Below are positions 49,115 through 62,869 of a stretch of 64,000 nucleotides of DNA, in pieces (within the stretch, counting starts at the first letter, position 1; each line of letters begins with the position of its first letter). Location of the stretch: assembly GCF_006345805.1 (NCBI RefSeq), contig NC_042998.1:97216001-97280000 (forward strand), in the 5' to 3' direction. Made by a program: the position numbers and the translations under genes. A model generated the notes under the pieces. The model was not told where the DNA came from and ran no database searches. It saw only the letters and a program-made list of their open reading frames with translations. This DNA is from Octopus sinensis. Taxonomy: Eukaryota.

Positions 49115-50140
49115 TGTTTATTCTTTAACAAGAATATTATTGACAGTGACTTTGAAGTTTCAGCTAATTAAACAATTGTGGGATTGTGATGCATTAAAGT
49201 TAATCTTGGCTTTATATAGTCTCTGTTGAGTTAAAATCTTCCTTGGCTATATGGGCTTGAGTGGTGTGCTAATTAGGTTTTCGGGTGGGTAGTTATTATG
49301 GAAAGGTGTTTGTAGAAATTTTCATAGATTAACTTTGGATTTATGTCATTGTTTAGAATTTATTCATGTATGCAGAAATTTGCAAGCAGGTGTGAATATT
49401 TTTGGTAGGTAGGTATAAAATATATCAGAAGTTTAAGATATTTTTGGTCTGATTGGATTTAATCTTTTGCTTTGACAATGTAAAGGTTAAAAGTTCAAAG
49501 TTTAGCCTAATATTAAAAACTTAATAGATGGTTGTCAACTTTTTCGTAATGAAGTTTTCTAGGGATTCACAAAAGAATGTAAGTAGGGGTATGTTCTAGC
49601 TGGTTAGCTTTTTTTTTTAACTGCTGTTGTTGTTATTTAGGGTATTTCCTGTTTTTATAGTATATTATAAAATACCCACATTTGAAACAGAATTGAAGAA
49701 ATATTTATAAATACATAATCTTTAAACTTTACCTCCATAAAACAAAAGGATTAAAATTTTTACATATTAATTAAATTGCTTATAGAACAAGGAATACCTT
49801 GAGAGAAACATACAGACCAACAAACTTTACATCCTCTTGTGAACAGCAAAGCACAAGATAAATTTTCTAAACTAACCAAACCACGATATACCAGGCTTAT
49901 AAACCCCACCTTCCGAATAAAAACAGGAAATATCCCAAATAACAACAACAAGTAAAGAAACCAACAAACAAAACACACCACCATCCACATTCTTTTGTGA
50001 AGTCCTAAAAATTTCATTACAAAGTCACTGTCAATAATATTCTTGTTTAAGAATAATAAATTTGTACTCTACAAAAGTATAGAGTAACCCGTCAGATTAA
50101 TGTAAAATTGTTTTTATTGAAACTGAACATAAAAACAAAC
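49115..50140. mobile_element. Two inverted copies of a Penelope-like pLTR family also found at about 13490-13700
   Basis: 49546-49665 is reverse-complementary to about 49913-50020, and 49121-49153 to 50021-50053. The tail gtcactgtcaataatattcttg...tcagattaatgtaaaattg is shared with 13581-13670. Confidence 0.55.
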
Positions 50141-50146
50141 ACACAC

Positions 50147-50180
<34 letters not shown>

Positions 50181-52184
50181 GTGTTAATATGAATATCAGG
50201 AAACTGCTAATATTGATTGAAATTTACTATTCTATAAAAAACATGTTTAGAAAGATAAAGATCCAGTTAGTCAAAAAAGAACTGTTGAAATTCATTTTAA
50301 AAGCAACAAATGAATTTTTCAAGAACTTTCAAGGTATTTTAAGGGGGTGGAAACCTAGTTAAGCATATCATGCATGCAATGTAGACAATACTATGTATGA
50401 TATAGCCATGCCATTACCAATATTAATTATTCACACAATATATTATAGATTAAATAAAGATTAAAGAAAATCACCAGTACAGCCTAATGCAGTAAATATC
50501 AAGGTACAGTTTTGTTAAAAGTGTGAAATAAGATATTGTAAAGAACAAAATGTTTAAAGTTGTTTTTCATTTATCAGAAATAGAAATAATATTTAAAATG
50601 AAATAAAATAGTTTATTTCATTCTAAATATTATTTTTATTGCAAAATGACTAATTTGTCTTTAAATATACAATAAAAGTGATTAAAAGGAATAACAAACT
50701 TTTCAGTATATATTTCTTTTGGTGCATCATCTGTAATATTTCCAAAACATGTAATATGAGATGTCTAAATGTTGTTAATAAAAATATAATTGTTTGAAAT
50801 ATGAAAACCATCCTCAATGATAAAAAAAAATCCATTATTTACATCTACAGCATTTTTCAATAAGTTTGATTGCCAATAGTCTTCAGGTTTTCTTGTAACA
50901 GACTGGCTTCATTTAAACTGATTGAAAGATAGCATGAGAGGTAATAACTGAAAATTTTTTCATTCCTAAAATGAGATCAATAATAAGAAAAATTAAAATC
51001 TTATGTAATAACAAAATTACTGCCTTTAACCTTTACTGCATGAGAACTGAGTCTACTCAGTTGTGTGCTTGTGCGCTTGAGACATAGAAACCAAATTAAT
51101 TGGTTTTTGGTTGTGGGGTACTCTACAGAATTCTTTGCATTTCATGATATAGTACTCACATTTTATTTTTAATGGTCAATGGAAAGAGGTTATGAGAACT
51201 GATTTGCATATGATTAGCATGCTACATGACCAGCAAATATTTAATCATTGCAATTAGAATCGATTATTTGGCACTATACTTTAAAAGTTTTCTTTCAGTG
51301 ATATTATTTTTAAAAGAAAAATAATGGAAAACTTTAAGGGTATTATGAAAATTTTCTAAAGAGGTGATTAAATTCCTGCATGTTGTCTCATGTTATTTCT
51401 GGAAGAACATCTGTGTATACACTATACATATTAGGACTATTTATGCCAGAAAAAGAATGAATTCTAAATATATCAGTTAAAACACTTCAGTTATTTTCCG
51501 TTTTCTCAATGGACCAAATTATTTGGAATATATTAATAAAATAACCACTGGTTAATACAAATGTGCTAGCCACTGCAATGAAAACCTCTTATTATAGATG
51601 TTGACATCTTGCAGTGTAATCTTTGGTCCATCAATTTTATGTATAGGAGAGGAGAGTATATCAAAATTAAATTTTTTTGTTATTCATAAAATGAAGGAAA
51701 CAGGTTAATATAATAGAAATTTTGTAAATTGTCAGTTTTGCAGTATATTTGATTCAGTGAAATTGATGAAAATGCACTTCAGAGCTAATTAGTTCATAGT
51801 GTGTGGGATAAGTAACAACCAAAGCACATTTTCAATGTCTTTTTGATCCATCTGAGCACTCAAGGTGCTGCCTAATTTTTTTGTGGGAGCCAAAATTTCT
51901 AGAGACTGAGTTAATGCTTCCCTTGGGTCAACATTTCTATTGCCTTAGAGTTGGAACCAATGTATGTGGGGTAGTAAGGTGTAATTATTGGTAAGCCCTT
52001 CAATTCTGGATATTTTCATGGATTGACATGTCAATGAAATTGGGCCATGTTATCACCACAATGTGATTAATGTAATCATTAAATGAGCCTTTTTTGAAGG
52101 GGTAAATATTTCCCTCAATTCTGGAGGCAGTGATATTATTCAAAGATGGGAGCTAATATTGCATCTCTCCTTGAAAAGTGCAAT

Positions 52185-52600
52185 TTTTTGAAAATTTTTT
52201 TCTGGATTCCTATATTTTAGATGTCAGAGATTACAAATATGCAAAAAAAGAAAATTTTTTTAAAATTACCCCCCTCCTTCCCCCAATTTAAAATTCTGAT
52301 TTGTTTATTTTAAAGAGCTTGTAGCAAACTAACGCAGTGCTATAGGGGATGTCATTGATATCTATCTCTCTCTTTATATACATATCTATATGCTTATTGA
52401 ATTTAAAATTTTGAAAATGTGGTTTCTTGCATATTTGGAATCTCCATAATCAAAAACATAGGAAAAAAATTTCGAAAAAAGTTAAAAATTTTAAATTGGG
52501 GTATATGTAGGGGGGTGTGGGGTGTAATTTTTAAAAATTTGCATATTCGTAATCTCCAACATTTAAAATGTAGGAATCTGAAAAAAAATTTTTTTTTAAT
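52185..52600. repeat. Inverted pair of a repeat fragment (possibly Helitron-like)
   Basis: ggattcctatattttagatgtcagagattacaaatatgcaaa at about 52205-52245 is reverse-complementary to tttgcatattcgtaatctccaacatttaaaatgtaggaatc at about 52538-52578. Confidence 0.55.
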
Positions 52601-52671
52601 GTATTTTGTCAGGAGAGGTGCGTTTCTGCATTAGCTACCCAAATTGATAGGAAAAGATCAGATGAACTCAC

Positions 52672-52782
52672 TTTTTGCTCTTGGGAAAGAAGCAGATGCC
52701 TCATATGAGATACCACTGTTAGCAACTCATTTGCTTTATCACATAAAGTGACAGCAGAGAAAGGAGTTGCTTGTATCTGAAG
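52672..52782 (-). CDS. Probable internal exon of an unrecognised gene (LQIQATPFSAVTLCDKANELLTVVSHMRHLLLSQEQK)
   Basis: 111 nt, phase 0-0; acceptor tatttattttgttcag, donor gtgagt; only this frame is open; protein-like composition. Confidence 0.6.
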
Positions 52783-54463
52783 CTGAACAAAATAAATATT
52801 GAGATACCATACTCTGTCCATAAATTATATTTTCAGTCTGTAGGTTTTGAGATGTCAGAGAAAGCTGGATCACTGCAAATAAATTTTTGATCTCAGAGGC
52901 ATTTCAGACAATGCTTAGGTGGATGCTTTTCTGTTCCAGCATCTCAACCTTGCAATCACTCATGGTAAAACTATGAATGTTTTGCAGTGCCTCAAAAATT
53001 TTTAGAGTGAAACACTAGTTTTCCCCTGGTGTGATGTATAACTAAATGGAATGTGCATGCCTCTACTTTGATTTTTTTACTATTTTTCGTTTCTATTTTT
53101 CTTTCTTCATTTTCTGACTATTTTTGTAAATGACATAGAAAGCTGTTTTCAACATTACATAACCATGATAATGACCATTATCATCATTTAACATCCACTT
53201 TTCCATTTTTGCATTGATTGGCTAGAATTTGTTGAGGCAGATTTTCTATGGTCAAGTGCTTTTCTTGTAACCAACACTCATCTGTTTCTAAGTGAGGTAA
53301 CAAATCTTCATAACCAGACATGTTTCCACAGAAGATTGGAAATGCAGGACACTACTTGCATGATGGTGATGCTCTCTTACAGCCATAACATGATGTCAAG
53401 ACAAGGAGGCAGAAATGTGCACACACACTTACACACACACACGTACACACACATCACACCACACACACACGACAAGCTTCTTTCAGGTTACATTTACCAA
53501 ATCAACTCACAAGGCTTTGGTTGGCCTGGGGCTATAGAAGAAAACACTAGCCCAAGGAGCCATGTTATCACCACAATGCAATTAACCACATGGTTGAGAA
53601 GCAAACTACTTACTGTATATAAAATTTATAGATTTTCATTTAATACACAAAAGATCTTTAAAAATATCCCCAAACTATTCCTTTTATTATTGCTAATACA
53701 AGATGAATCAACCAGTTTAGTTTGATTGTTTATTAGGTTAAATGAAAGAAGATTCTTTCTGGAACACAACTGACCTGAACTGTCACCTGAAGACAAGTGT
53801 GTGTCTGTGGTCTACAACTGTGAATCATTACAGTGGTGTAGCTAGAGTATGTGCTGTCCAGGGCAGCCCTCGAGTTTGCCACACTCCTCCTACTAGGCCC
53901 CCAATCCTATACAGGCTTATATTGTGAACCCAGAAGAGCCATCCCCATAAAACCGTCATCCGGGGTGAAGCCTCATGCCCACTCCCTCAACACTACTTGA
54001 TCATTATGAAGGATTGTAAGTTGATAATAAATGGGACCATTTAAAACCAGTGTCACAGCAAGGAAAAGATCAATCCTGGATATTCTTGATAAAAGAGTCA
54101 AGTAATTTTCTGTTTACATATTAGATTATGTTTTAGGAGTACATCTATTTTCATATGGCCTTCATTGTCACTACTTTTACTTTACTTTAATATCTATAGT
54201 TGTAAGGATACATAAGTTAGAGAAATAAATATCACAGGTTTGAGAAGTAAATAACCATATGTAAGAAAGTGAAGTTTCCTGCATATATTGTTCAATGCCT
54301 TTCAACCCAATCCTTTTTTAAGTCAACCATAGTTAAATAGACAAAAGCACCCCGCCTTCTGATATATGATATAAAATGAAACATGAATATAGATGTAAGA
54401 CATACTGCTTCAAAACAAAATAAATTTGTTTAATTAGTAACATCCCTTGTTTAATTGGATTAC

Positions 54464-54532
54464 TGCTGTCAAATGAAATCTCATCATTGTCCCTTGTTTA
54501 ACACCATTTTTTAAATTTAGTACTTGTAGAGA
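54464..54532 (-). CDS. Possible exon of the same unrecognised gene (SLQVLNLKNGVKQGTMMRFHLTA)
   Basis: 69 nt, phase 0-0; acceptor gattttgctgttcag, donor gtaatc (weaker); only this frame is open; phase fits between the 62 kb and 52.7 kb exons. Confidence 0.3.
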
Positions 54533-56399
54533 CTGAACAGCAAAATCAACAACAGTCCTTATCATAATTTTAACATCCAGTTTCCAATGCTTTGATGGGT
54601 CAGATGGAATTCGTTGAGGCAAATTTTTTATGGCCAGATAGCCTTCCTGTCACTTACTTGGAAACTCTCATCTGTTTCCAAGTAAGATAATAGTTCCCCT
54701 AGGCCAGATATTTTTTACATGAGAGGATGGTAGATGGAGAACACTGCTAGTAAGATGATGATGCTCATTTACAACTATTATGTGATATCAAAATAAGGTA
54801 ACACTAACACACACACGACAAGCTTTTATCAGTTTCTGTCTACCAAATTACTCACAAGGCTTTGGTCAGCCTGGACTTTAGTAGAAGATTCTTGCCTAAG
54901 GTACAATGCAGTAGGACTGAACCTGAAACCATGTGGCTGGAAAGCACACTTCTGAACCACACATCCATGTCAATGAAACTTACATTATCTCACAGGTAAT
55001 TAGAAAATTCACGTGTGCACACACACATACACACACAAAATCATCTGGAATCAAAATTATTTAAGATTAAATTCCAAAATAAAGGTATTTCGGTAAAAAG
55101 TAAATCTAAGCCATAAATTGTTTTCTACAGAATAAAACATTGAATAATCAGATTAGTGTTGGAAACTTATTTAGGAAGGGAAAAAAACCCCATGATACAC
55201 TGAAAACAATTATGTCAATGGTAAATGTGGGGCTATATTTGGACAGATGTGCTTCCAATGAAGAACATTTTTTTCTTCAGATGAAAGGTCAACAGAAGAA
55301 GTAGCATCACTGATTCCTGGAGCAATATTTCTTTGAGGGTTATTTTAGATTATGTTACTGACCTATTTGTAGATGAGGGCATTAAGTGAAAAAGGAAATT
55401 TCATTCTTAGGATTCAGATAACTCAAAGAAACTATATATTTGTGTTAATCTAATTTTAGAATTTATTACTTCCAGGTTATGGTCTAAATATTAATCAACC
55501 CACTCCAATAACATATGGTTGTTTATTAGTGTAGAAAGACATACAAGCATAATTTTCATTTATGGCTACAATTGGAAATTTGAAAATCAGCATACACAGC
55601 AGAAATATGAAATTGATATAATTTGGTATCAAATGGAAAATAATTTTGAATAAAATTCAATAAGAATTTAATACATATTGATAATCTAGAGATAAATATT
55701 TTCTCTTATTCATATTATTAACTGAGGACAATGGGTCAGAGGAGTTTACAGAGTGTCACACATTTGTCAGTTTGTCATTTTTACATTCCAAATTCAATTT
55801 GTATGTGGGTTTATTTTGCTATCCATGTCAATAAAATAAGTACCGGTCATATACAGAAATTCACTTAGCTAAACATAATTTTCCTCAAAATTTGTGACTT
55901 TTAGCCAACTTTAATAGTCATTATCATTTTAATAAGTCCTCAGATCTTAAATATATAATCTTAAAATATATTTAAGATCATTTGAAGAAGCCAAAACAAG
56001 GTAAAAAAAATGAAAGTTGTCAAAAACATTATATTAATCTAGTCTATTAAAATAGTTAAGAAATAGTTAAAAAAAGAAATCAAAAAATAAAAAAGAAACC
56101 ACTGTTACACTTGTTAAATTTCTGAAAGTTAGTTGTGAACAAACTTCTTTCCATGACTACTGAACAACATTGAATAGTGTGATTGAATCTATAAACATCA
56201 TTTCAAATATTCAATGATTATGGTATTACTTGTACTGATTTTATCAACCCTGGATTGGTGAATGGCTAAGTCATATTTAAATATAAAATCAGAAGGCATT
56301 GAACAAGATATTAGATAAAAGCATAACTGTGTGGTTGTGACGATCATTTCACAACCACATGATTTTTGGTTCAGTCTTACTGCAGTCACCTTGGGGAAA

Positions 56400-57030
56400 T
56401 GCCTTTTGTTTAGGTCTAAGTTCCCACTATAGTCACTTTGTTATTAACTACAGTGGAAGCTTCAGTTCTTAAAGATGATTCTGTAGATCATGTTATTGTC
56501 AGCCTCTTAATGGCATTGACTATGGTAGTTGGAATATTAGCAAAGTAGAGTGATTCCATTATCTATGAATGAGGAACAGAATCAAAATCCTTCTTATAGT
56601 CTAGCCAACAATTGGCAAATTTTGGTTGTGCTGTTTCACTTCCTTGACAATTTTGTTGATACAGAGTTCTTTGACACAGCTCCAAACACTTTTCTTTCCC
56701 CTTACCTGTATGTTTCACAGTGATTCCGGAGGAATGACTTCAAGCAACATGTGTATAATTTATATATTACATTCAAGCATATAATTTTTGGTTAAGTGTG
56801 TCTCTAAGTTTTTAGTTACAAGTGTTGAACATGTGGCTGCCAACCAGTTTGGCATGTCATTCTCAGCATTCATTGATATTTTGAACAGATTAATGAAGGC
56901 TGGTCAGAGAATGTGAGTTTCCTATAATAATAATAATAATAATCAGCTAACAGGTGTCTCCCAGGTGATTTCCCATTAACAGTTTTGTGACAGCTGTAAG
57001 AAGAGTTTCACTGTTGATATTATAAGAATG
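56400..57030 (-). mobile_element. Degraded reverse-transcriptase fragment of an RLE-type LINE
   Basis: Minus-strand remnants GKSPG, MPNWLA and KIVKEVKQHNQNLPIV.LDYKKDFDSVPHS (RT motif). Confidence 0.65.
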
Positions 57031-57839
57031 TCATTACGTGCGTGTGTGTGTGTGTGTGTATGTACCTATGTGTAAAAATATGTGTTTCATACATAAATAT
57101 ACATTTATATATTGCATATATATATATATATCATATGCATGCAAACAAAGTAAAGAGCCTATAAATAATTGTTATAGTTAGTACACATACATAATGGACT
57201 TCTTTTACATTTTGTCTACCAAAAATCCATTCACAAGGCTTTGGCCAGCCTAGGACCACACAATGGGATTGAAGTAATTTATTAACCAAACAGCTACTCC
57301 TGCACCTGTCATCATCATTGTCACCATCATCATTTAATGTCCGTTTTCCCTGCTGTCATGGGTTAGATGGTTTAACTGAAAACTGGTAAGCTGGGGAGCT
57401 GCACCAGGTTCCAGTCTGATTTGGCATAGTTTCTTCAGCTGGATGCCATTCCTAATGCCAACCACTACGAGAGTGTAGTGGGTGTTTTTTACGTGCCATC
57501 AGCATGAGTGCCAGTTATAAAACACTGGCATCGGCCACAACTAATGTCTCATTTGGCTTGATAGTTCTACACAAGCACACTACATTTCCAAAGATTTTGG
57601 TCACTTGTCACTGCCTCCATGAGGCCCAAAGTTTGAAGAGTGCTTTTGTGACACTGGCATTGGCCATGACTATGATTTCACTTGGCTTGATGGGTCATTT
57701 CAAGCACAGCCTATCACCCAACATTTGAAGGGCATGTTTTATGTACCACCAGTATAAGTATCATTTACACAAATCTGGCATTGGTCATGACTGTGATTTC
57801 AGTTGGCTTGACGGATCTTCTCAAGCATGGCATTTCACC

Positions 57840-58140
57840 AAAGGCCTTGGTCACTAGTCATTGCCTCCATGAGACCCAACATTCGAATATCATGCTTCAT
57901 CACCTCATCTCATGTCTTCTTGGGTCTACCTCTTCCACAAGTTCCCTCCATAATTAGAGACTAGCACTTCTTCACACAACTGTCTTCATTCATACACATT
58001 ACATGAACATACCAGCACAGATGTCTCTCTTGTGCACCACATCTAATGTCTCTTATGCTCAATGTTTCTCTCAAGACACTTACACACTGTCATACATGCA
58101 CATTGACATTGCACATCCAGTAACGCATGCTAGCTTCAAT
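57840..58140 (-). mobile_element. RTE LINE 3' fragment, with SINE-like tail extending to about 57335
   Basis: Reverse complement of the same GTCGRGRP(K/R)KTW-type region seen at 4260-4330, 7140-7270 and 13880-13990. Confidence 0.7.
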
Positions 58141-58989
58141 ATAAAAAAAAGCAGCCATCCTTCTGTAACTTTTCTAACTACAATACTATTCAACAACTGT
58201 CATCATATGAGAGTAGAACTGCATGTTTCATCCGCTTTTGTGCTAACATTTATCCCTCTTCTTGGCACTACTTTCTTTTAGCTTCCATCCCTCATTCTCA
58301 ATATCATCCCTTACCATTCCATTTTCCATTGATTACTCCTTTCCCACTGTTCTACATTTTATGACTGCCATAACTCATCATTAATACCTTCTCATATCTT
58401 CTATCATTGTCAACACCCTCTTATATCTGCTCTCATTCTCAATACTTCATATTTGCAGTTGACATCTACCCTAATCCACTCCTATATATTTCTGACCTCC
58501 ATCACTGTCACTGTACATTTATCTCTCACCCCCTACTCCCCCACCCTGCATACCATTTCTCAACTTCTGATTTATGTATACATTTATTATAATGCTGCTC
58601 TCCAGTCTTTCTGTACTGCTACTTATCAACTACATTTTCCTGAGCCATTCCTATTCCTTTCACCTTCCCCCACCAAACCGATATTTACCATCAGCTACTC
58701 TTCCATCTTTGTTCATTGTTCATTACATTCCCCTCTACCCTCATCTCTAACTTTCTATCACTCTTCTCTCATGCCCTTATGAAGTTACCATCATTTCTTA
58801 CTCTTCTGTTTGTATTCTATTTTGTATTTACCTTCTTGTATCTTGAAAGTATGCTCTGACATGTCACCACCAACATCTTTATCTTCCTTCCCAGCTACTC
58901 TCAACTGCCCATATATAATGCGGGGCAGCAATGTATTTCCTCTATGGAAAGAGACCAGTGCTTGTCTCTCAATCATACTTTAGTCTTTC

Positions 58990-59480
58990 AACACCTAGCA
59001 TAAAGCCCTTCCTTGCTATAACATTCTATGCAGTTGAGGGAGATTTTACCTCTCTTTGTCTTATGGATGAGGAGTGGCTGGTATGGAGGGTGATGAAGGC
59101 AGAAGTGGTAGGCGGCAGAACCAGAAGCAGACCTTGGTTTGTGTGGATGGATGGATGGAGTGAGGAAATCTTTGATGGTTAGAGGTGTTGGAGTGAGAGA
59201 AGCAAGAGAGTTTATAAATGATAGTAAAGCTTGGAGAGTGCTTGTGGATGGATGAGTGAATTTGATATGGCTCAAAGGGGTAGGGAAGCAGTATGATGTG
59301 GTGGGAGAAAACCAGCATATGCTGTTGGACCCTGCTGCTGATATTGGGTGTTGCATTCTATGCCTTGACTGGAGCATAGAATGGGCTTTACCTCTTTGAG
59401 CTGGGAAATGAAGGGAATGCCTGGTGTGTGTCTTGTGACTACTCACTCCTAAAAAATGGGGTATAGGCCTGGATATATAA
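58990..59480 (+). mobile_element. RTE-like LINE 3' end and UTR (UTR also at about 62130-62270)
   Basis: EEWLVWRVMKAEVVGGRTRSRPWFVWMDG; the UTR tttgagctgggaaatgaa...cctgg is repeated at 62187-62270. Confidence 0.6.
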
Positions 59481-59511
59481 AAGGAAAACACACACACACA
59501 CACACACACAC

Positions 59512-59574
<63 letters not shown>

Positions 59575-59786
59575 ATTGTCTTATGAGTTACTTGGCAATC
59601 TCACTAGTGCCAATTCCATGAAAAAAGTACCCAGTACATTTTATAAAGGAGTTGGTGTTAGGAGAAACAAAGTTATAGAAATCATGTCAAAGCAGACATT
59701 GGAGTTTGATGTAGTCCTCTGACTCATCGGATCCTGCCAAATTTTCCAACCCATACCATCATGAAAGACAGATATGATTATGATGA

Positions 59787-59846
<60 letters not shown>

Positions 59847-60155
59847 GCATATGTCATCTGATATACTGACAGCTGATGATGGAAATACATGCTTGATGTG
59901 CTTATTGTCTGTGAAGCTTTTTAGCTTGTTCTCATGGTTTTAAGTAGTCCTTCTTTGAAATTGTAGTTCTCATAGGGTTGAACTTGTTTCTTGGTTTATG
60001 GTAATTTTTATTGCTTATATACACAATACATTGATATTCTGTGATTGCTCTGCACGGAGATTCTAATTCTGGCTACGATCATACTTGTTTAAGGATTTCT
60101 AGTTCATGGACGGTGTGTGTGTGCGTGCATGTGTGTGTGTGTGTGTGTGTATATA

Positions 60156-60289
60156 TTTATTGATATTTAGTAGAAGTAACAGTGTGACTCAAGGTCTAAG
60201 AGCTTTGTGCATTTGCACTTATCAAAATGGCAATGTATAAAACTCTCAGACCTTGAGTCACTCTGTTATTTCTGCTAAATATTAATAAA
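60156..60289. mobile_element. Small palindromic MITE-like element
   Basis: 48-bp arms (about 6 mismatches) with core gtgactcaaggtct / agaccttgagtcac. Confidence 0.65.
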
Positions 60290-61193
60290 AATATACATAT
60301 ACTCCTATTATGAGTTCTATTTTCCCTATTTGCATCACATACCTGTCTGTTTATCTCTCTCTCTATCTATCTATCTATGTATCAAACTGTCTATCTATTT
60401 ATCTTCCCCCCTCTCTCTCTATCTATCTATATCTATCTATATAAATATATATATACATATATATGTATATTGAGTTACATGTGTACAAACATACACATAC
60501 TTACATATAACTATTATATAGACATATTCTCTTTTACTTGTTTCAGTCATTTGACTGTGGCCATGCTGGAGTACCACCTTTAGTTGAGCAAATCGATTTC
60601 AAGACTTATTCTTTGTAAGCCTAGTACTTATTCTATCAGTCTCTTTTGCTGAACTGCTAAGTTACAGGGATGTAAACACACTAGCATCGGTTGCCAAGTG
60701 ATGTTGGGACAAACACAGACACACAAACATATACACACATGTACATATATATACGATGGGCTTCTTTCAATTTCCGTCTACCAAATCCACTCTGGTCGGC
60801 CCGAGGCTATAGTAGAAGACACTTGCCCAAGGTGCCATGCAATGGGACTGAACCCAGAACCATGTGGTCTGTAAGCAAGCTACTTACTACACAGCCACTC
60901 CTACGCCTATATATATTTTAATATATTTGTGTACTCTTTTTCTATGCTGGCATGAGTTGGACAAAACTTTTTGAGGTGGCATTTCTACAGATACATGCCC
61001 TTCCAAATGCCAGCACTTCTATTCAAGCAAGGTACTTTATTCCTTTTCTAGACAAGATAAATGTTTAAGTTGTGACACGTCTTATTTATGTGAGGCATAG
61101 ATATCACCTCACCCATGTAGTATCAATGAAAACATATGCAGAGAAAAGCAAACACACATACATCTACAAATATACATACATGTATACACACAA

Positions 61194-61273
<80 letters not shown>

Positions 61274-61382
61274 GTATATAAGGCTTGTATACAGATTCCA
61301 TCAACCAAATTTCACTCACAAGGCATTGGTTAACTCTAGGCTTACAGTAGAAGACACTTGCCCAAGGTGCTATATACATACA

Positions 61383-61413
<31 letters not shown>

Positions 61414-61556
61414 ACATATATACACATATACATACATATATACATATATACATACAGACATACATACATAAATATATATATATATATATAACGGGAAGCT
61501 TTATGAAAATAAACAAAAGACGAAGGCAGGTGGAAAACAAACGAACAATTGTATTA

Positions 61557-61622
<66 letters not shown>

Positions 61623-62039
61623 TATATAAAAGTATATATACATGTACATACACATGCATACATACACTCCCCACACACACACACATGCACACACATACAC
61701 TAAAGATACAAACTTTTCAAATGTTTTGATAAAAATATCGAAATGTCATTTTCATCATATGTGGCCTTTTGTATCCTATACTCATGGAATTTAACCTAAT
61801 TTTTTTCAAAACCAACCCAAGTAAACTATACTGAAATGACTATAGCTATATATCTATATTTATATACATGGAATTACTAAATATTTTATAGGATAATATA
61901 AAATCTTTTGTTGTCTGATGGGAGAGGTAAAGCATAGTTGCAGTCATATTATACAGAGATTAAAACTGTTTAATCAACAGAGACCTAACTTTTTGTGATA
62001 AATACAACCTTGATCTGAACATAGAGTGTTTGTTCTTAC

Positions 62040-62103
62040 ATTTTTATAGAATCTCAACTCTTCTAAATTGCTTTCTTCAGGAAATAAAATATAAGAATGA
62101 TCT
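62040..62103 (-). CDS. Probable internal exon of an unrecognised gene (DHSYILFPEESNLEELRFYKN)
   Basis: 64 nt, phase 2 to 0; acceptor tttattgaattttag, donor gtaaga; open frame in non-repeat sequence. Confidence 0.55.
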
Positions 62104-62869
62104 CTAAAATTCAATAAAGAGATGATTTTAGCATTGTACATAAGGCATTCTATGCTTTGAACCGGGCATAGAACAGAGATCACCTTTTTGAGCTGGGAAA
62201 TGAATGGAATGCCTGGTGTGTGTGTTGTTGTGGTTACCCACTCCTATAAAAATGGGGAATAGGCCTGGGTATATTTATATATCTATATATATACATAAGG
62301 CCTTTAAGATGATGAGCTGGCAGAACTGCTTGCATGTTGGACAAAATACTTAGCAGCATTTCTTCTCACTCTTTACATTCTGAGTTCATATCCCATCAAA
62401 GTCAACTTTTCCTTTCATTCTTTTGAAGTCACTAAAATAAAGTACCAGTCAACTATGGGGGAAAGGGGGCAATGTATCAATAATATACTTGTCCTATACC
62501 CTCAAAGTTGCTGGCCTTGAACCCTGCAACTGAATGGTGTCCCATTCAAGAGAATATTGTAATCTTGGTCACTTATATTCTATGGAAACTAGAATACAAA
62601 AAATGTATGGCTTTTATACACAAGGCGTTGTAGTTAGAGCAACATTTAGTTTGGTACCCAGCTCTTAGTAGGAAAGCATATAGATGGATGCTATATATTA
62701 TAGTAAAATAAAATCATACAAGTTAAATTTTCACACATTTTGGTTGTATTAAAATCTAACCAAAATAAGGTCGTAATCTTTCTCTACAGGACCTGCAATG
62801 TAATCATAGAACAATGCTTAATCTAATCTTTCATGAAACACAACTTCTGTCATCCAATATTCATAAATA

